A stretch of DNA of 63,556 nt, counting the filler, from Octopus bimaculoides (lineage: Eukaryota), in NCBI RefSeq assembly GCF_001194135.2. It is 6 parts of 5 records of this genome, joined end to end, with 100 filler letters (N's around TTAATTAATTAA, not from the genome) between each part and the next. Parts side by side here need not be neighbours in the genome. Positions count along the whole stretch, not along the records: positions 1 to 13,734 come from NC_068996.1; 5 more parts are not named here. One strand, 5' to 3'. The notes under the pieces were generated by a model. It did not search any database and had not been told where the DNA came from. It saw only the letters and a list, made by a program, of their open reading frames with translations. The position numbers and the translations under genes are program-made. This document shows positions 1 to 11,340 of the stretch, in pieces; position 1 is the first letter of the stretch, and each line of letters opens with the position of its first letter.

Positions 1-224
1 GGTATAATAAAAGAATATTCAGACAAATACATAACAAAAATACCAGGACTTACAAATATATATAACATACAGAAAATTGCACTACTGGGTACTGCACACA
101 TTCTACGCAAAACACTTTCAATACTGTAAACATAAGAGCACCACAGCAAACCACAGCACATACCCAAGGCGCACAGAGCTGCGCTCGGTAGTGAAGTGAA
201 AGCACGTTATAAAAATAAGACAAT

Positions 225-291
<67 letters not shown>
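1..291 (+). mobile_element. R4/Dong-like non-LTR retrotransposon 3' end (ORF C-terminus, 3'UTR, (AAT)n tail)
   Basis: Frame 1 from base 1 reads GIIKEYSDKYITKIPGLTNIYNIQKIALLGTAHILRKTLSIL* (stop 127-129). The QKxxLLGTAHILRK ending is typical of R4/Dong ORFs. A short UTR follows, then (AAT)n at 227-291. Confidence 0.75.
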
Positions 292-394
292 TGGTATCTT
301 CATTTCATGTTCGTACCTACCCTTACCGATCGTCATGAATGTTGGGTAATGACCAATAGAATTCGATCGCAAATACATACAGACAAGATGGCGT

Positions 395-770
395 TCATTT
401 GAATGGTCTTCTGAGCAACGTTACTTAGAAGAGAGCATAGCTTGGAGATCATGGAAGGGCTCCAGGTAGAGCCACGAATTTAGAGATTACGGCTCCAATA
501 CTACGGACACGTAAGAATGTCTCGAGAAAGAATCGCTGGACAGTTTTACGAGCAACAAACAACCGGCAAGAGAACCAGGGATAGACCACGAGCAATACAT
601 TGGATAAAATTCATGCGCTCGGTTGGTCTGGCTTAGGAATCCAACTGGATCAATTGGAGACGGTTGCTTCTGACAGGACCCGGTGGAATGCGTACTTGAG
701 AACCCTGCCCCTTACAAACCTCTCAGGAATAAGTGGGCGAAGAAGATAAATGAAGATAATGTAGTGTATA
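395..770 (+). mobile_element. Decayed RTE-like LINE 3' fragment
   Basis: Translation gives RLRLQYYGHVRMSRERIAGQFYEQQTTGKRTRDRPR, matching the RL.WYGHV.RM...GKR.RGRP motif at the RTE/LINE ORF C-terminus. Stops and frameshifts are present. Confidence 0.65.
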
Positions 771-2159
771 TTCTGTTTCGTTGAGTTAAATTAATGGATA
801 TTTGACTACAATAACGATCTTGTTGATATTTTCTATGTGATTTACCAAGGATAAAGCACAATTATGTATTTCCCCAGGAAAAAATGATAAGAACATATGT
901 ACGTATTCTTAGGCGTATGTATATACGCATGTATGTATGTATGTATGTATGTATGTGTGTGTATGTATGTATGTATGTATGTATGTATGTATGTATGAAT
1001 GTATATATCCAAGTATGCATGTACGGATGTACATATGTATGCGCGTATATATATATATANNNNNNNNNNNNNNNNNNNNNNNNNNNNNNNNNNNNNNNNN
1101 NNNNNNNNNNNNNNNNNNNNNNNNNNNNNNNNNNNNNNNNNNNNNNNNNNNNNNNNNNNNNNNNNNNNNNNNNNNNNNNNNNNNNNNNNNNNNNNNNNNN
1201 NNNNNNNNNNNNNNNNNNNNNNNNNNNNNNNNNNNNNNNNNNNNNNNNNNNNNNNNNNNNNNNNNNNNNNNNNNNNNNNNNNNNNNNNNNNNNNNNNNNN
1301 NNNNNNNNNNNNNNNNNNNNNNNNNNNNNNNNNNNNNNNNNNNNNNNNNNNNNNNNNNNNNNNNNNNNNNNNNNNNNNNNNNNNNNNNNNNNNNNNNNNN
1401 NNNNNNNNNNNNNNNNNNNNNNNNNNNNNNNNNNNNNNNNNNNNNNNNNNNNNNNNNNNNNNNNNNNNNNNNNNNNNNNNNNNNNNNNNNNNNNNNNNNN
1501 NNNNNNNNNNNNNNNNNNNNNNNNNNNNNNNNNNNNNNNNNNNNNNNNNNNNNNNNNNNNNNNNNNNNNNNNNNNNNNNNNNNNNNNNNNNNNNNNNNNN
1601 NNNNNNNNNNNNNNNNNNNNNNNNNNNNNNNNNNNNNNNNNNNNNNNNNNNNNNNNNNNNNNNNNNNNNNNNNNNNNNNNNNNNNNNNNNNNNNNNNNNN
1701 NNNNNNNNNNNNATATATATATATATATACATATATATACAGAGGGAGAGAGAAAGGGGAAGAGCGATGTAAATATATACATGGAAATATATACATATAC
1801 ACACGTACATGTGTGTATATTATGTATGTGTGTGTGTTTGTATGTGTAGGAGTAGGTGTGTGTGTGTCTGTGAGTGCGTGCGTTACAAAAAGCGTTACAC
1901 AAAAACAAAAATAGACCATCTTGTACAAACAGATATTAAACTAAACTACCTATCTATTCAGTGTCATGCACGTGGCATTAAGGTTATTATCATTGAATAC
2001 CATTGATTCTTCCAAGTGACTTCATTTCCCGCAAATAATGGGGAAAAATAAGAATAAAATAAATAGATGAATAAAAAGATAGAGTTGATCATTCGCCATC
2101 GGTCGTGTGCAATAACAAAGTGAGTATTCAGTACAGAAGATAAAATGCAAGAAAGGTGA

Positions 2160-2196
2160 GTGTATCTATATCTGTATGTATGCATGTATGTACGTC

Positions 2197-2228
<32 letters not shown>

Positions 2229-2686
2229 TGTATGTATGTATGTATGCATGTATGTATGTATCTATGTATATGGTTGCATGTATGTACGTATTTACATATG
2301 TATATACGTATGTACATATGTATGCATATAGGTATCAATGCATGCACGTACATATGTATTTATTTATGAATGTGTGTATGTATGTATGTATGTATGAGTG
2401 TGTGTATCCATCCATCCATCCATCCATCCATCCGTCCGTCCGTCCGTCCGTCCGTCCGTCCGTCCGTCCGTCCGTCCGTCTGTCTGTCTGTCTATCTGTC
2501 TGTCTGACTGTCTGTCTGTCTGTCTGTCTGTCTGCCTCTCTCTCCCTCTGTCTATATGTCTGACTGTTGGTCAGTCTGCATCTATCTCTCTATCTAATTA
2601 TCTATCTGTCTGTCTGTTTATCTATATACGTATATATAGAGTGTGTATATATACATAGTGTGTGTATGTGTACAGACATATGTATG

Positions 2687-2769
<83 letters not shown>

Positions 2770-2829
2770 GCATGTATGTATGTATGTATGTATGTATGTA
2801 TGTATGTATCTGTCTGTCTGACTGTCTGT

Positions 2830-2882
<53 letters not shown>
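2160..2882. repeat. Compound microsatellite block (TATG)n,(CATC)n,(CGTC)n,(TGTC)n,(TA)n,(CA)n; representative of dozens of similar tracts in the window
   Basis: Directly visible tandem 2-4 nt units. Confidence 0.95.
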
Positions 2883-2884
<2 letters not shown>

Positions 2885-2889
2885 GCTTA

Positions 2890-4640
2890 TTCAACGAAAT
2901 CCTTTTATAACTCCGAAAGCCCATAAAATAACTTCACGCAAAATCCTAGCTGTAGATTAATAAATCCCACAAAATAAATCCCACCCACAAAAATAGGAAG
3001 TATTAAGAAATCCATATTGGATGATATTATACGACATATCAGAGCAGACACAAATCTTACTCGATGGCTATGCAGTAATGCAACTATTGAATGGTTTAAG
3101 AAACTAGAAGATAAACCCAAATGCAAATCTATACAATTCGCTATGGTAGACTTCTATCCCTCCATCTATAAAATATTGCTTCAAAAGATACTTGAATTTA
3201 GTAAGACATATCGTCACTATAACAAATACTGATATAGATACAACTATGAACGCAAGGAAATCATTAGTCTTTCATGATAATCCTTATTGGGTAAGGAAGA
3301 AGGGAGACGAGTTATCTGATGTGGCAATGCGTAGTTATAACGGTGCAGAGATAGCCGACCTTGTAGGCCTTTATGTCCTAGATACCCTTCGGAAAGAAAT
3401 AAAAGAAGCTAATATAGGCTTATATAGGGACGATGGCCTGGGAGTTGTACACAATAAAAACGAACATGATATGGATAAAATAAGGTAAAAATATGCAAAA
3501 TATTTAGCTAATTAGGCCTAAGAACCTTAAACCTGAAAGAAATCAATATTGAATCTTAAAACAAGGAAATTTAAATCCTACCATAAACCAAACGAGGAAG
3601 CCTCGTACATAGAAACAGGTTCCAACCACCCACCCACCAGCAGTAATTAAACAAATGGTTAACAACATTAGCAGGTGCGTCTTCAATTTATCCGACAACA
3701 AAGACACTTTTAAAAAAGCCGACCCATATTATAATGCTGCATTAGAAAGGTTCAACTTCAAGAATAACATATACTATATTTAACCAAATATAAACTAAGA
3801 ATACGCGCACAGAGGAAAATCGTTTGGTTCAATCCACCTTATAACATGAATGTAGCTACTAATATAGTTAGGAAATACCTAAAACTAACAGACAGCCACT
3901 TTCCGCGTTCACACTAATACCACAAGAATTTCAACAGGAATACTGTTAAAGTTAGCTATAGTTGCCTCCCCAATATAGGGTCAGCAATATTCAGTCACAA
4001 TAAACATAAACACACCTGAAAGACAATTCAACTGTAGATCCCAAAACCGCTGCCTTTTAAACAACAATTGTCTCGAGAAAGACCTCGTATACAAGGCCAA
4101 GATCGTATACAAGGCCAAGATCGCATACAAGGTATACACAACATCTGGCGTCATTCGGAAACTGAAACAAAGAATATGCAACATCCCTATCAAATATGAT
4201 GTAGACATTGAAAGAAGGTAGAATAAGTAACCCCCAGATAGAATGGAATATCATTGCTAAAGCCAAAAAATACAGAGGACGGGGTACCAAATGTGAACTC
4301 TGTATTACTGAAAAATTAAACATCATGCAATCAACAGATAACATCCTAAACATTAGGGGTGAAACGTTCTCTCCTTGCATACACAAACAATATTCTACAC
4401 TAAATATTTCAAAGAAGAGCCCTTATCTGCGACAGTAGCCCCACCAGGATATCCCCTTTCCTAAACATGAACACACGAAGCACACAAGCTCCACACAAAG
4501 AAGAAATGTCCCAATGACGAACTACCTGAACACACACGTATGAGGACACCGTGCCCAGAACAAAAACAAAATAATGCACACAAACTGACCACACAAAAAT
4601 TTGTCCAAACAACAAATTCAAGAGTGACAAACATCCATAA
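2890..4640 (+). mobile_element. Penelope-like element (RT plus C-terminal GIY-YIG-type endonuclease region), 5'-truncated and frameshifted; possibly Hydra clade
   Basis: Peptides CRLINPTK, VDFYPSI, YNGAEIADLVGLY...IGLYRDDGLGV (RT YxDD), YHKPN..SNHPP, and C-terminal KCELCITEKLNI...LNIRGETFSPCIHK. It begins immediately after a (TA)n tract. Confidence 0.85.
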
Positions 4641-5266
4641 GATTCAACCCATGAGTAACGTCCCTTGATTCATTGTTTTCTTCATGTGAATTTATGAGCA
4701 CTCACGTGACCTAAACGAGACTTTTTTCCAAAATGGAGGTGAAAACCTTTCTTCACGTGATCGGCTTGAAAAATTGTTAAGACACTCGGATATTTTCCTA
4801 CTTTTTTTTTACATGAAACCAATAGTAGCCTTAATTCACAAATACAAAAATTATATCCACCAATGTGATGTTTAGGACTCATTTTCATCATTCGACATTT
4901 ACAAACACACACACACACACACACACACANNNNNNNNNNNNNNNNNNNNNNNNNNNNNNNNNNNNNNNNNNNNNNNNNNNNNNNNNNNNNNNNNNNNNNN
5001 NNNNNNNNNNNNNNNNNNNNNNNNNNNNNNNNNNNNNNNNNNNNNNNNNNNNNNNNNNNNNNNNNNNNNNNNNNNNNNNNNNNNNNNNNNNNNNNNNNNN
5101 NNNNNNNNNNNNNNNNNNNNNNNNNNNNNNNNNNNNNNNNNNNNNNNNNNNNNNNNNNNNNNNNNNNNNNNNNNNNNNNNNNNNNNNNNNNNNNNNNNNN
5201 NNNNNNNNNNNNNNNNNNNNNNNNNNNNNNNNNNNNNNNNNNNNNNNNNNNNNNNNNNNNNNNNNN

Positions 5267-5312
<46 letters not shown>

Positions 5313-5399
5313 TGTGTGTGTGTGTGTGTGTGTAAATATGTGCGTGTGTTGTTGCTACATGCCGGAAAGGAAAGGCTTGTACCATTCCATCAGTACAAA

Positions 5400-6605
5400 C
5401 CCGAGTACCTAGAGACTTAGGGACAAGTAATCAAGCAATATTCATGGCACAAACGGAAACTCATCTGACCGCTGACATGGCAGATGGTGAGATACACGTA
5501 CCAAAGTGATAGGAGAGAAAGAACTCATGGTGGAGTTCCGTTGTAAACCTAGGAAGACGTCTTGTAGTCACACTCCGACTCAGTTTGTGACACACTGATA
5601 GTATACACTACACAGACCAAATAGTAATATGTGCCACATATAGCCCACCAGATGCTCTAAATCATCGCAACTCATTCGAAGAGAGCCTAAGGAAAATGGG
5701 GGAAAAAAACCCCAAAACGGAAGCACTGACCAATTTCGATGACAGACTGCGGACCTCCAAACGATCAGTGAAATACTGAATGTGCATACAAGTCTGTTTA
5801 GGACATTTGCAAAGTAAATATGCTGAATAATCTGTTTGACACGAAAGCTCTACACAATTGGATTGTAGTTACCGATTTTATGGAGAGAGAGGAATCTGAT
5901 GTAATATCAACTATTGATGAGGTAAGTTTAAATTCAGTCACTGATCCTAATGGATTCCCAGTAATCCTAAAATTACACAAAGAGGCCTTCAAGAAAATCC
6001 ACGGCAGACCCTCTTCCAAAGCTTCTTTGCAAGTGGTAGACTTCTCAAAAGCTAAAGAAAAGCATAATCTGTCCTATCCATAAAGGAGGAAGTAGAGCAG
6101 ATGCTAAAAGTTATAGGCCTGTCATTCTAACCTCACATGTAAGCAAAGCTATGGAACCAATTATCAGATAGAGGCTGATAACATTCCTAGAAGTGAATAA
6201 ATTGCTGCCTGACACCCAGCATGTTTTTAGCTCAGAAAAAAAGCTGTCTTACACAGTGTCTATAGCATTATGACTGGGAGTTGAAACAGCTTATGAATCA
6301 CTCAAACGGTGGTGCGATATTTCTCGATTTTGCTAAGTCCTTTGATAAGTTTGATGAGGGGATGATATTCTACAAGCTACGCGGACTCGAAAGCTGGGTG
6401 AGTGTTTGTGTGATTTCTTAAAAGACAGAAGCTGGGCTGAGACAGTCAATGAATCCCTATCCAACGGGACAGTAATAGCGAGTGGCGTACATTAGGGAAC
6501 TACCTTGAAGCCGCTGCTATTGTGAGGTCTCTCTCGAACATGTCATCAGTTACACAGGCAGAAAACCTTATTAGCTATACTGAGGATACAAAAGTAGCAC
6601 TAATA
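5400..6605 (+). mobile_element. CR1-like LINE relic (APE endonuclease and RT fragments, internally deleted)
   Basis: Endonuclease motifs TETHLTAD..DGEIHVP, THGGV, VICATYSPPD. RT motifs YRPVILTSHVSKAME, IFLDFAKSFDK, ISYTEDTK (degenerate YADDTK). Confidence 0.8.
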
Positions 6606-6792
6606 GTGAGATGTATGCATATATATATGTATATATTTATTTATTTATTTTGCAAGATTCTTGATGTGAAATCGTGTGTTGAAACATATATTGTTATATA
6701 TTTCGGGATGGTCGTATTTTTTCTTTTCTTTTCTTCTTTTTTTTTGTCAAATAAACACAAGCACTATATACTCATTGTTCACTTCAGTTTTT

Positions 6793-7158
6793 TATTATTA
6801 CCTCCGCCTTAGCGAAGGCGGAACTATTGTTTGCAGTCGTGTTTGTTTGTTTGTTAGACTGTGGACAAGATGGATGGATGGATTCGGATGAAACTTTCAG
6901 CGATGTTTGGCCTCGTGACTGGCACGAACTGATTAGCTTTTGGGAATTATCCGGGACCGGACAAAGATTCTGGATTATTTTTCCGGTTGTTTTACTTCAT
7001 TTTTGAGAGTGGCTGAGTTCATTTTTAGTATTCTCGTTTGTGAGAACAATTGAGTTTATTTCAGATATTCTCATTCTAAAAACCATCTCCGGCTAATCGT
7101 TGAGAGGACATTGGTGTTGCTTTGGCGGAGGTTTGTGCTCTCTGAGTGCTCTTGTTAT
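6793..7158 (+). mobile_element. Non-autonomous Helentron-derived (DINE-1/HINE-like) element
   Basis: Subterminal inverted repeats ACCTCCGCC (6800-6808) and GGCGGAGGT (7124-7132), 5' hairpin CCGCCTT-AGCG-AAGGCGG (6804-6821), internal (GTTT)n, short 3' stem-loop near 7137-7149 and T-rich flanks. Confidence 0.65.
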
Positions 7159-7592
7159 TCTTATTTTAATGTCCTTCGTCTGAAAGTTTTCGTCATGCAG
7201 CCTGTAACCTCTTCAGCTACTCTCCATCTCTCGGGTGTCCTTATCTTCTGTTAGTCCGTTTTATTCTGTGGTGTGTATAATTATCCGCGCATGTGTTCGT
7301 GTCTATATCTCTGTCCATCTGTCTGTTTATGCATGTATGTATGTATGTATGTATGTATGCATGTATGTATGTATGTATGTATGTATGTATGTATGTATGT
7401 ATGCATGTGTGTGTGTGTATGTATGTATGTATGTATGTATGTATGTATGTATGTATGTATTATGTATCTATCTATCTACCTGTCTGTCTGTCTCTGTCAC
7501 TCACTCACTCACTCACTCACTCTCTCTCTGCTTGTCTGTCAGTTTATTTATGTATCTGTCTACCTGTCTGTCTATCTGTCTATTTAGATACA

Positions 7593-8132
7593 TTTTTAAA
7601 AAATAACGTCGACCACTAACGTGGACAATTAATGCGCTAGAAATAGATCACATCTTGTGTCTATTAAGACCTAAAATGTTCTCAACATGAAATATAGCAG
7701 CATACCAAAAACGTGAGCGGGCAAGACATTTAAAATCACCTAAAAAAGCATTATTAAACAGGAACTAGTTTCGGATTTAACAAATTCTTACCATCTGTCT
7801 ATTCCTCATCAGCCTGAACATTTTAGGTCTTAATAGACACAAGATGTGATCTATTTCTANNNNNNNNNNNNNNNNNNNNNNNNNNNNNNNNNNNNNNNNN
7901 NNNNNNNNNNNNNNNNNNNNNNNNNNNNNNNNNNNNNNNNNNNNNNNNNNNNNNNNNNNNNNNNNNNNNNNNNNNNNNNNNNNNNNNNNTAATTGTCCAC
8001 GTTAGTGGTCGACGTTATTTTTTTAAAATCTACCTTAATCCCCTGAGATTGCAGATAATATTTCTGAATCTCTTTGATTCTTTACATGTGCTGGCCTCCT
8101 GATAATTAATCGATATTAATTAATATATGACT
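7593..8132. mobile_element. PLE-type terminal-repeat fragment with inverted duplication (copy A; same family as 35452-35730)
   Basis: Arm 7593-7681 is the reverse complement of 7816-8028, which is interrupted by an N gap. The tail 8029-8132 is homologous to 35615-35730. The spacer holds a hammerhead. Confidence 0.7.
7759..7816 (-). ncRNA. Minimal type-I hammerhead ribozyme
   Basis: Minus strand: CAGG-CTGATGA-GGAATAGACAGAT GGTAAGA ATTTGTTAAATCC-GAAAC-TA-GTT^CCTG. Stem I is CAGG/CCTG, the core is intact, stem III is the palindrome AACTAGTT, and the site is GUU. Confidence 0.8.
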
Positions 8133-8277
8133 AATTACCAGACTTTATAATAATGTCTATTTAGATAGATAGATAGATAGGTAGATAGACAGACAGACAG
8201 ATAGATAGATGGAGAGAGAGAGAGAGAGCCAAACAGACAAATATGGATAGTCTAGTCAGACAGACAGACAGACAGAC

Positions 8278-8314
<37 letters not shown>

Positions 8315-8669
8315 CATACATACATACATACATACATACATTGTTAGACAGACAGACAGTGAAGCTTTTTACTTAAACGGTTTATAAATGCTGCATTTCT
8401 TAAATAAAGGGTTCTTTTTCCGAAATGAATAGAAAAATTGTACAGAGGATGTTTCTACATCTTAGAGGTGAAGGGCATTAGTGGCATGGCAAGGGGAGAG
8501 TTGTTATTAATCTTAGCATATAATATTCCTTTCATTTAACTGGACACAATGGTCTGTTGATTAAGATGATAGACCAAAAACTAGGAAGTCGCGCTGATGT
8601 TTTTTCTAGATCATGAATTAGTGAGGCAACAAAAATTCAATAATACTTATGCATGCGAAATATGTTTTT

Positions 8670-8860
8670 TTTATCTTTTACTTGTTTCAGTCATCTGACT
8701 ACGGCCATGCTAGAGCACCGGTTTTAGTCGAACAATTCGATCCCAGGACTTATTTTTTTAAAGCTTATTACTTGTTTTATCGGTCTTTATTTTTGCCAAG
8801 CCGGTAGCTTTCATAAACACGCCAACACTGGTTGTAAAGCTGTGGAGGACAAACACAGAC
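8670..8860 (-). mobile_element. tRNA-derived SINE family B, 3' part
   Basis: Shares the cagtcat.tgact.cggccatgct.gagcacc / ttattc / gtaaacac motifs with 12950-13130, 14650-14810, 15700-15870 and 63500-63556. Confidence 0.7.
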
Positions 8861-8885
8861 ATACGCACACATAGATACACATACG

Positions 8886-8942
<57 letters not shown>

Positions 8943-8969
8943 CAGAACATGTGATTGGGAAACAAGTTT

Positions 8970-9085
8970 CTTATTTCTTTATTGCCCATAAGGGGCTACA
9001 ACATAGAGGGGACAAACAAGGATAGACAAAGGGATTAAGTCGATTACATCGACCCAGTGCGTAACGGGTACTTAATTTATCGACC
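8970..9085 (-). mobile_element. tRNA-derived SINE family A, 3' part (cut by gap)
   Basis: Reverse complement of 43140-43260. Confidence 0.8.
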
Positions 9086-9644
9086 NNNNNNNNNNNNNNN
9101 NNNNNNNNNNNNNNNNNNNNNNNNNNNNNNNNNNNNNNNNNNNNNNNNNNNNNNNNNNNNNNNNNNNNNNNNNNNNNNNNNNNNNNNNNNNNNNNNNNNN
9201 NNNNNNNNNNNNNNNNNNNNNNNNNNNNNNNNNNNNNNNNNNNNNNNNNNNNNNNNNNNNNNNNNNNNNNNNNNNNNNNNNNNNNNNNNNNNNNNNNNNN
9301 NNNNNNNNNNNNNNNNNNNNNNNNNNNNNNNNNNNNNNNNNNNNNNNNNNNNNNNNNNNNNNNNNNNNNNNNNNNNNNNNNNNNNNNNNNNNNNNNNNNN
9401 NNNNNNNNNNNNNNNNNNNNNNNNNNNNNNNNNNNNAATATTTTGCAATGTGTTGGGTTATTCTTTTTCCTTTGAAAGAATGCGAATGTGATGTTGTGAT
9501 GTGTATGACCTTCAGACAAATACAAGAACATATAACTTGAGAGTGAATTAAGAACTTTATTGAAAATTTCAAAAGGTTAGTTACGTTAACACTATATAAG
9601 TGTAATCGTTACATATGCCGTCCTTCAGTTTATATGCATAATTC

Positions 9645-9695
<51 letters not shown>

Positions 9696-9849
9696 TGTCT
9701 GCCTGCCTGTAGGTTTGTGCCTCACACTCTCTCTCCATTTATCTCTCTCCTTCACTCCCTCTCTCTCTTTCTTTCTCTCTCTTTCCTCCTGGATCATATA
9801 TTTCAGAGTAGGTCTTCATAATGACTTTTTAATTATCTTCATGGTTGAT

Positions 9850-11340
9850 GTAGAATTTGGTCAAATGTAAGATATCGTTTCTGTGCCTATTGTGTGTGAC
9901 TCCAAATGGAATAATTCTAACAATGAAATGCTGGTGGTGATCGAAATACACAGACAGAAGTATTCCCCGTACGTATATACACAAACAGACAACAGGTCTC
10001 CCCATGGGATCCAGTCTCTCAGGCCTACAAGCTATCACTTATATCAACCATCTGGGACGTCGAGCACTCAACATCTGCCGCTCATGCGCCTTCTTCACCA
10101 GGTACGTAGATGACATTCTCATACTCACAACCTCCCGTGAAGAGACTGACAGAATATTCACAACGTTCAATAACATGGACATGAACATAAAGTTCACTAT
10201 AGAACATCCCTACATCACTGGATCACTATCATTATTTGACTTCAAACTGAATATAACGGAAGAAGGGGAAATTCACACCGAGTTCTACAGGAAAGCAGCC
10301 AGTAGAGATGTTTGTCCAATACAATTCAGCATTTCCACTCGGTGCCAAAATAGGATACGCCAGAAATGAACTTGTACGTATCCAGGGCAAGTGCAGCAGA
10401 ACGGAGGACAAGGTGACCCACACTACACGCTTCCTAGATATATTGAAAACCAACGGTTATCCTAGATCCATTGTAAATCGGCTTAAGTACCCAAGACGAC
10501 CAACGCGCCGAACACAAAAAAACCCCTCAGCAACACTGTTTCCTTAAAATACCCCATTTTAGCGAGAGGATAACTACATAAGAAGAGAAGAGCTAAACAT
10601 ACAACTAGCCCACTCCGGCCCCTATCTAAGAGGACACCTTGCAAAGAAACGAACAAGGGACAACAATCAATGTACACTAACAAACTGTCCCGTCCGTGCC
10701 ACAGATTTATGCCAACGGGTAAATGTGTATAGAATACAATGTAACAGATGCAACAACTTCTATGTGGGTAGCACAAGACTGTTACATGTCCGCATCAAAG
10801 AACATCTGAACACAAGAAAACATCCTTCAGAAAACGTCTAGACAGATGTCGGAACACCGACAAAAGCATAACAGTCACAATTGAGGCCAACGAAAGAAAT
10901 TTGTATAATTTAAGAATTAATGAAGCTCTGTTCATACACAGACTAGGGCCCCAAATTAACAACAGGCTGGAGGTTGGTAATTAATATATTATTTAGCTAC
11001 ATCTGAATGCGTGTAGGTTCATTTTTGATAACATACTCATGTATTGTTTATAACAAAAAAAAAAAATAAGAGAAAAAAAGAAAGGAAAAAAAAGGAAGCT
11101 GCATGTATAATACATAACTTAGAAGCAGCGCTACGGATGTGCCAGCACATACGAGACTGAGACACGGCCGACCTCACGCACTTCTCATGAGGAACTCCGG
11201 AAGGGGCTTCGTGAGACCACTGCTGAGACGCTTCCGGACCCTCTCCCCCCAGAAAACCGATTATAGCAGCGATTCCATCAATTCCTAGGAATATCTGAAG
11301 AAGGAATTTTTATTCCGAAATATCATAGACTATGGATTAT
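9850..11340 (+). mobile_element. Penelope-like element (RT + GIY-YIG + 3' region with hammerhead), decayed
   Basis: TGLPMGSSLSG, FTRYVDDILI, NIKFTIE, EFYRKA, NGYPRSIV, then GIY-YIG NVYRIQCNRCNNFYVGSTRLLHVRIKEH and LRINEALFIHRLGPQINN. Confidence 0.9.
11291..11327 (+). ncRNA. Minimal hammerhead ribozyme at the 3' end of the Penelope element
   Basis: (A)TAT-CTGAAGA-A-GGAAT TTTT ATTCC-GAAA-TATC^ATA. Stem II is a perfect 5 bp, stem III is palindromic ATAT, the site is AUC, and stem I is only 3 bp. Confidence 0.7.

Noticed and set aside
2890-4430. Selenocysteine-recoded (Naiad-type) PLE
   Set aside because: The domain order is RT then endonuclease, and the disruptions are frameshifts and mixed stops, not conserved in-frame TGA at Cys positions.
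7178-7220. Hammerhead-like CTGAAGA...GAAAACTTTC on the minus strand
   Set aside because: Stem I does not pair (GTAG versus AGAC). At best a very old relic.
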